Shown here piece after piece: positions 63,001 through 64,000 of a DNA stretch of 64,000 nt (position 1 is its first letter; each line of letters begins with the position of its first letter). Origin of the DNA: Macrostomum lignano (Eukaryota); assembly GCA_002269645.1 (NCBI GenBank), contig NIVC01002472.1, positions 107,259 to 171,258 of the forward strand, written 5' to 3'. The notes below the pieces were generated by a model, which made no database searches, was not told where the DNA came from, and was given only the letters and a program-made list of their open reading frames with translations. Position numbers and translations under genes: made by a program.

Positions 63001-64000
63001 CTGATCCAGCTAGGCCTGTAGTTGGCTGCTGCTGTTGTTGTGATCCAGCGAGGCCTGTATTGGCTGCTGTTCTGATCCAGCAAGGCCTGTACTTGGCTGC
63101 TGTTCTGATCCAGCAAGGCCTGTAATTGGCTGCCTGCTGTTGTTCTGATCCAACGAGGCCTGTAGTTGGCTGCTGCTGTTGTTCTGATCCAGCAAGGCCT
63201 GTAGTTTGCTGCTGCTGCTGTTTCTGATCCAGCAAGACCTGTAATTGGCTGCTGTTCTGATCCAGCAAGGCCTGTAGTTGGCTGCCTGTTCTGATTCCAG
63301 CGACGCCTGTAGTTGGCTGTTGCTGTTTCTGATCCAGCGAGGACTGTAGTTGCTGCTTTTGATCCAGCGACGCCCTGTAGTTGGCTGTTGCTGTTTTTCT
63401 GATCCAGCAAGACCTGTAATTGGCTGTGTTCTAATCCAGCAAGGCCTGTAGTTGGCTGCTGCTGTTTCCTCTGATCCAGCGAGGCCTGTAGATGGCTGTG
63501 TTGTTCTGATCCAGCAAGACCTGTAGTGGCTGCTGTTCTGATCCAGCGACGCCTGTAGCTGGCTGTTCCTCTGATCCAGCTAGGCCTGTAGATGGCTGTT
63601 GTTCTGAGCCAGCAAGGCCTGTAGTTTGCTGTTGTCTGATTCAGCGAGACCTGTAGTTGGCTGCTGCCTGTTGTTCTGATCCAGCGAGGCTTGTAGTTGG
63701 CTGCTGCTGTTGTTTCTGATCCAGCAAGGCCTGTAGTTTGCTGCTCTGCTGTTCTGACCAGTAAGACTGTAATTGGCTGCTGTTCTGATCCAGCCAAGGC
63801 TGTAGTTGGCTGTTTTTTCAGCGACAACTGGTCTTTAGTTGGCTTTTGCTCTGATCCAGCAAGCCTGTTAGTTTGCTGCTTCTGCTGTTTCTGATCCAGC
63901 AAGACCTGTAATTGGCTGCTTTTTCTAATCCAGCACGCCTGTAGCTGGCTGTTCTCTGATCTGCGAGGCCTGTAGATGGCTGTTCCTCTGATTCAGCAAG
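29625..64000 (-). CDS. macf1: Spectraplakin (MACF1/dystonin/short stop family), 5' incomplete; actin-binding and plakin domains would lie beyond 64000
   Basis: Hand-spliced exons: ...-58548, 58018-51151, 50186-50040, 49952-49707, 49616-48339, 48247-47878, 47589-47491, 47180-46789, 46447-45668, 45542-45225, 45141-43753, 43426-43100, 42611-41598, 40134-~39857 (disrupted), 38505-37628, 37051-35866, 35764-35095, 34998-34560, 34005-33843, 32641-32294, 30016-29625. Spectrin repeats, two EF-hands and GAS2 occur in the canonical order. The junction from 51151 to 50186 is not resolved. Confidence 0.93.
30528..31245. repeat. Intronic minisatellite, ~32-35-bp unit
   Basis: ggataat(t)agta(t/c)ggggtggacaaagactcac(ac)aaaga, ~21 copies. 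Confidence 0.97.
32294..34005 (-). CDS. macf1: Spectraplakin EF-hand and GAS2/GAR exons
   Basis: [14 protein letters not shown]...[13 protein letters not shown]; [14 protein letters not shown]; [20 protein letters not shown]...[33 protein letters not shown]. Confidence 0.97.
33062..33420 (-). mobile_element. Second tRNA-derived SINE-like family, in a spectraplakin intron
   Basis: Minus-strand head gaggggccgTAGCCCAGCGGtagcgc...GCTCGATTCC (A/B-box-like) and an A-rich 3' end near 33062-33070. No CORE sequence. Single copy in this window. Confidence 0.45.
51151..58018 (-). CDS. macf1: Spectraplakin giant exon (~6.9 kb, ~2290 aa; acidic and disordered; plectin-repeat remnant near its 3' end)
   Basis: ORFs 52505-58024 and 51123-52637 join across one frameshift near 52695. 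Acceptor atgcag|ACC at 58018; donor TG|gtatgc at 51151. [16 protein letters not shown]...[17 protein letters not shown] is plectin-repeat-like. Confidence 0.75.
59130..64000 (-). repeat. >4.9-kb minisatellite, 33-39-bp unit, probably coding ([11 protein letters not shown])n within a spectraplakin exon
   Basis: Unit GGATCAGAACAGCAGCCAACTACAGGCCTTGCT, varying mainly by CAG codons. Runs without a splice site into unique coding-like sequence that ends at donor CAA|gtgagc (58548). Confidence 0.9.

Overview
Eukaryotic (animal) genomic DNA with spliceosomal introns. Gene style and repeat content resemble a free-living flatworm such as Macrostomum, but this is inference only. No prokaryotic genes or CRISPR arrays were found. 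The right 34 kb (29.6-64 kb, minus strand) is the 3' part of a spectraplakin gene (MACF1/dystonin/short stop type) with spectrin repeats, EF-hands, a GAS2 domain, a ~6.9-kb disordered giant exon and a >4.9-kb apparently coding minisatellite. The left 29 kb holds an orphan two-TM protein exon, a 3-exon rhodopsin-class peptide GPCR (with one frameshift), a Mab-21/cGAS-like receptor with intact catalytic acidic residues, and many mobile elements (CORE-SINEs, MITEs, a 2.7-kb TIR element, Merlin, RTE-like and R2-like relics). The main discovery is invisible in the ORF track: two paralogous small spliced genes (6778-7390 and 12028-12465, minus). Each encodes a signal peptide, an acidic propiece, a basic cleavage site and a cationic Cys-x14-Cys peptide (CKWKFDRKIGYFRNFC; CRWVYRRKHKRHTLACP), with shared intron phases and nearby AP-1 sites. 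They are a candidate undescribed family of disulfide-looped antimicrobial or signalling peptides. Several frameshifts look like single-base homopolymer deletions and may be assembly errors. All splice models were derived by hand and need transcript confirmation.
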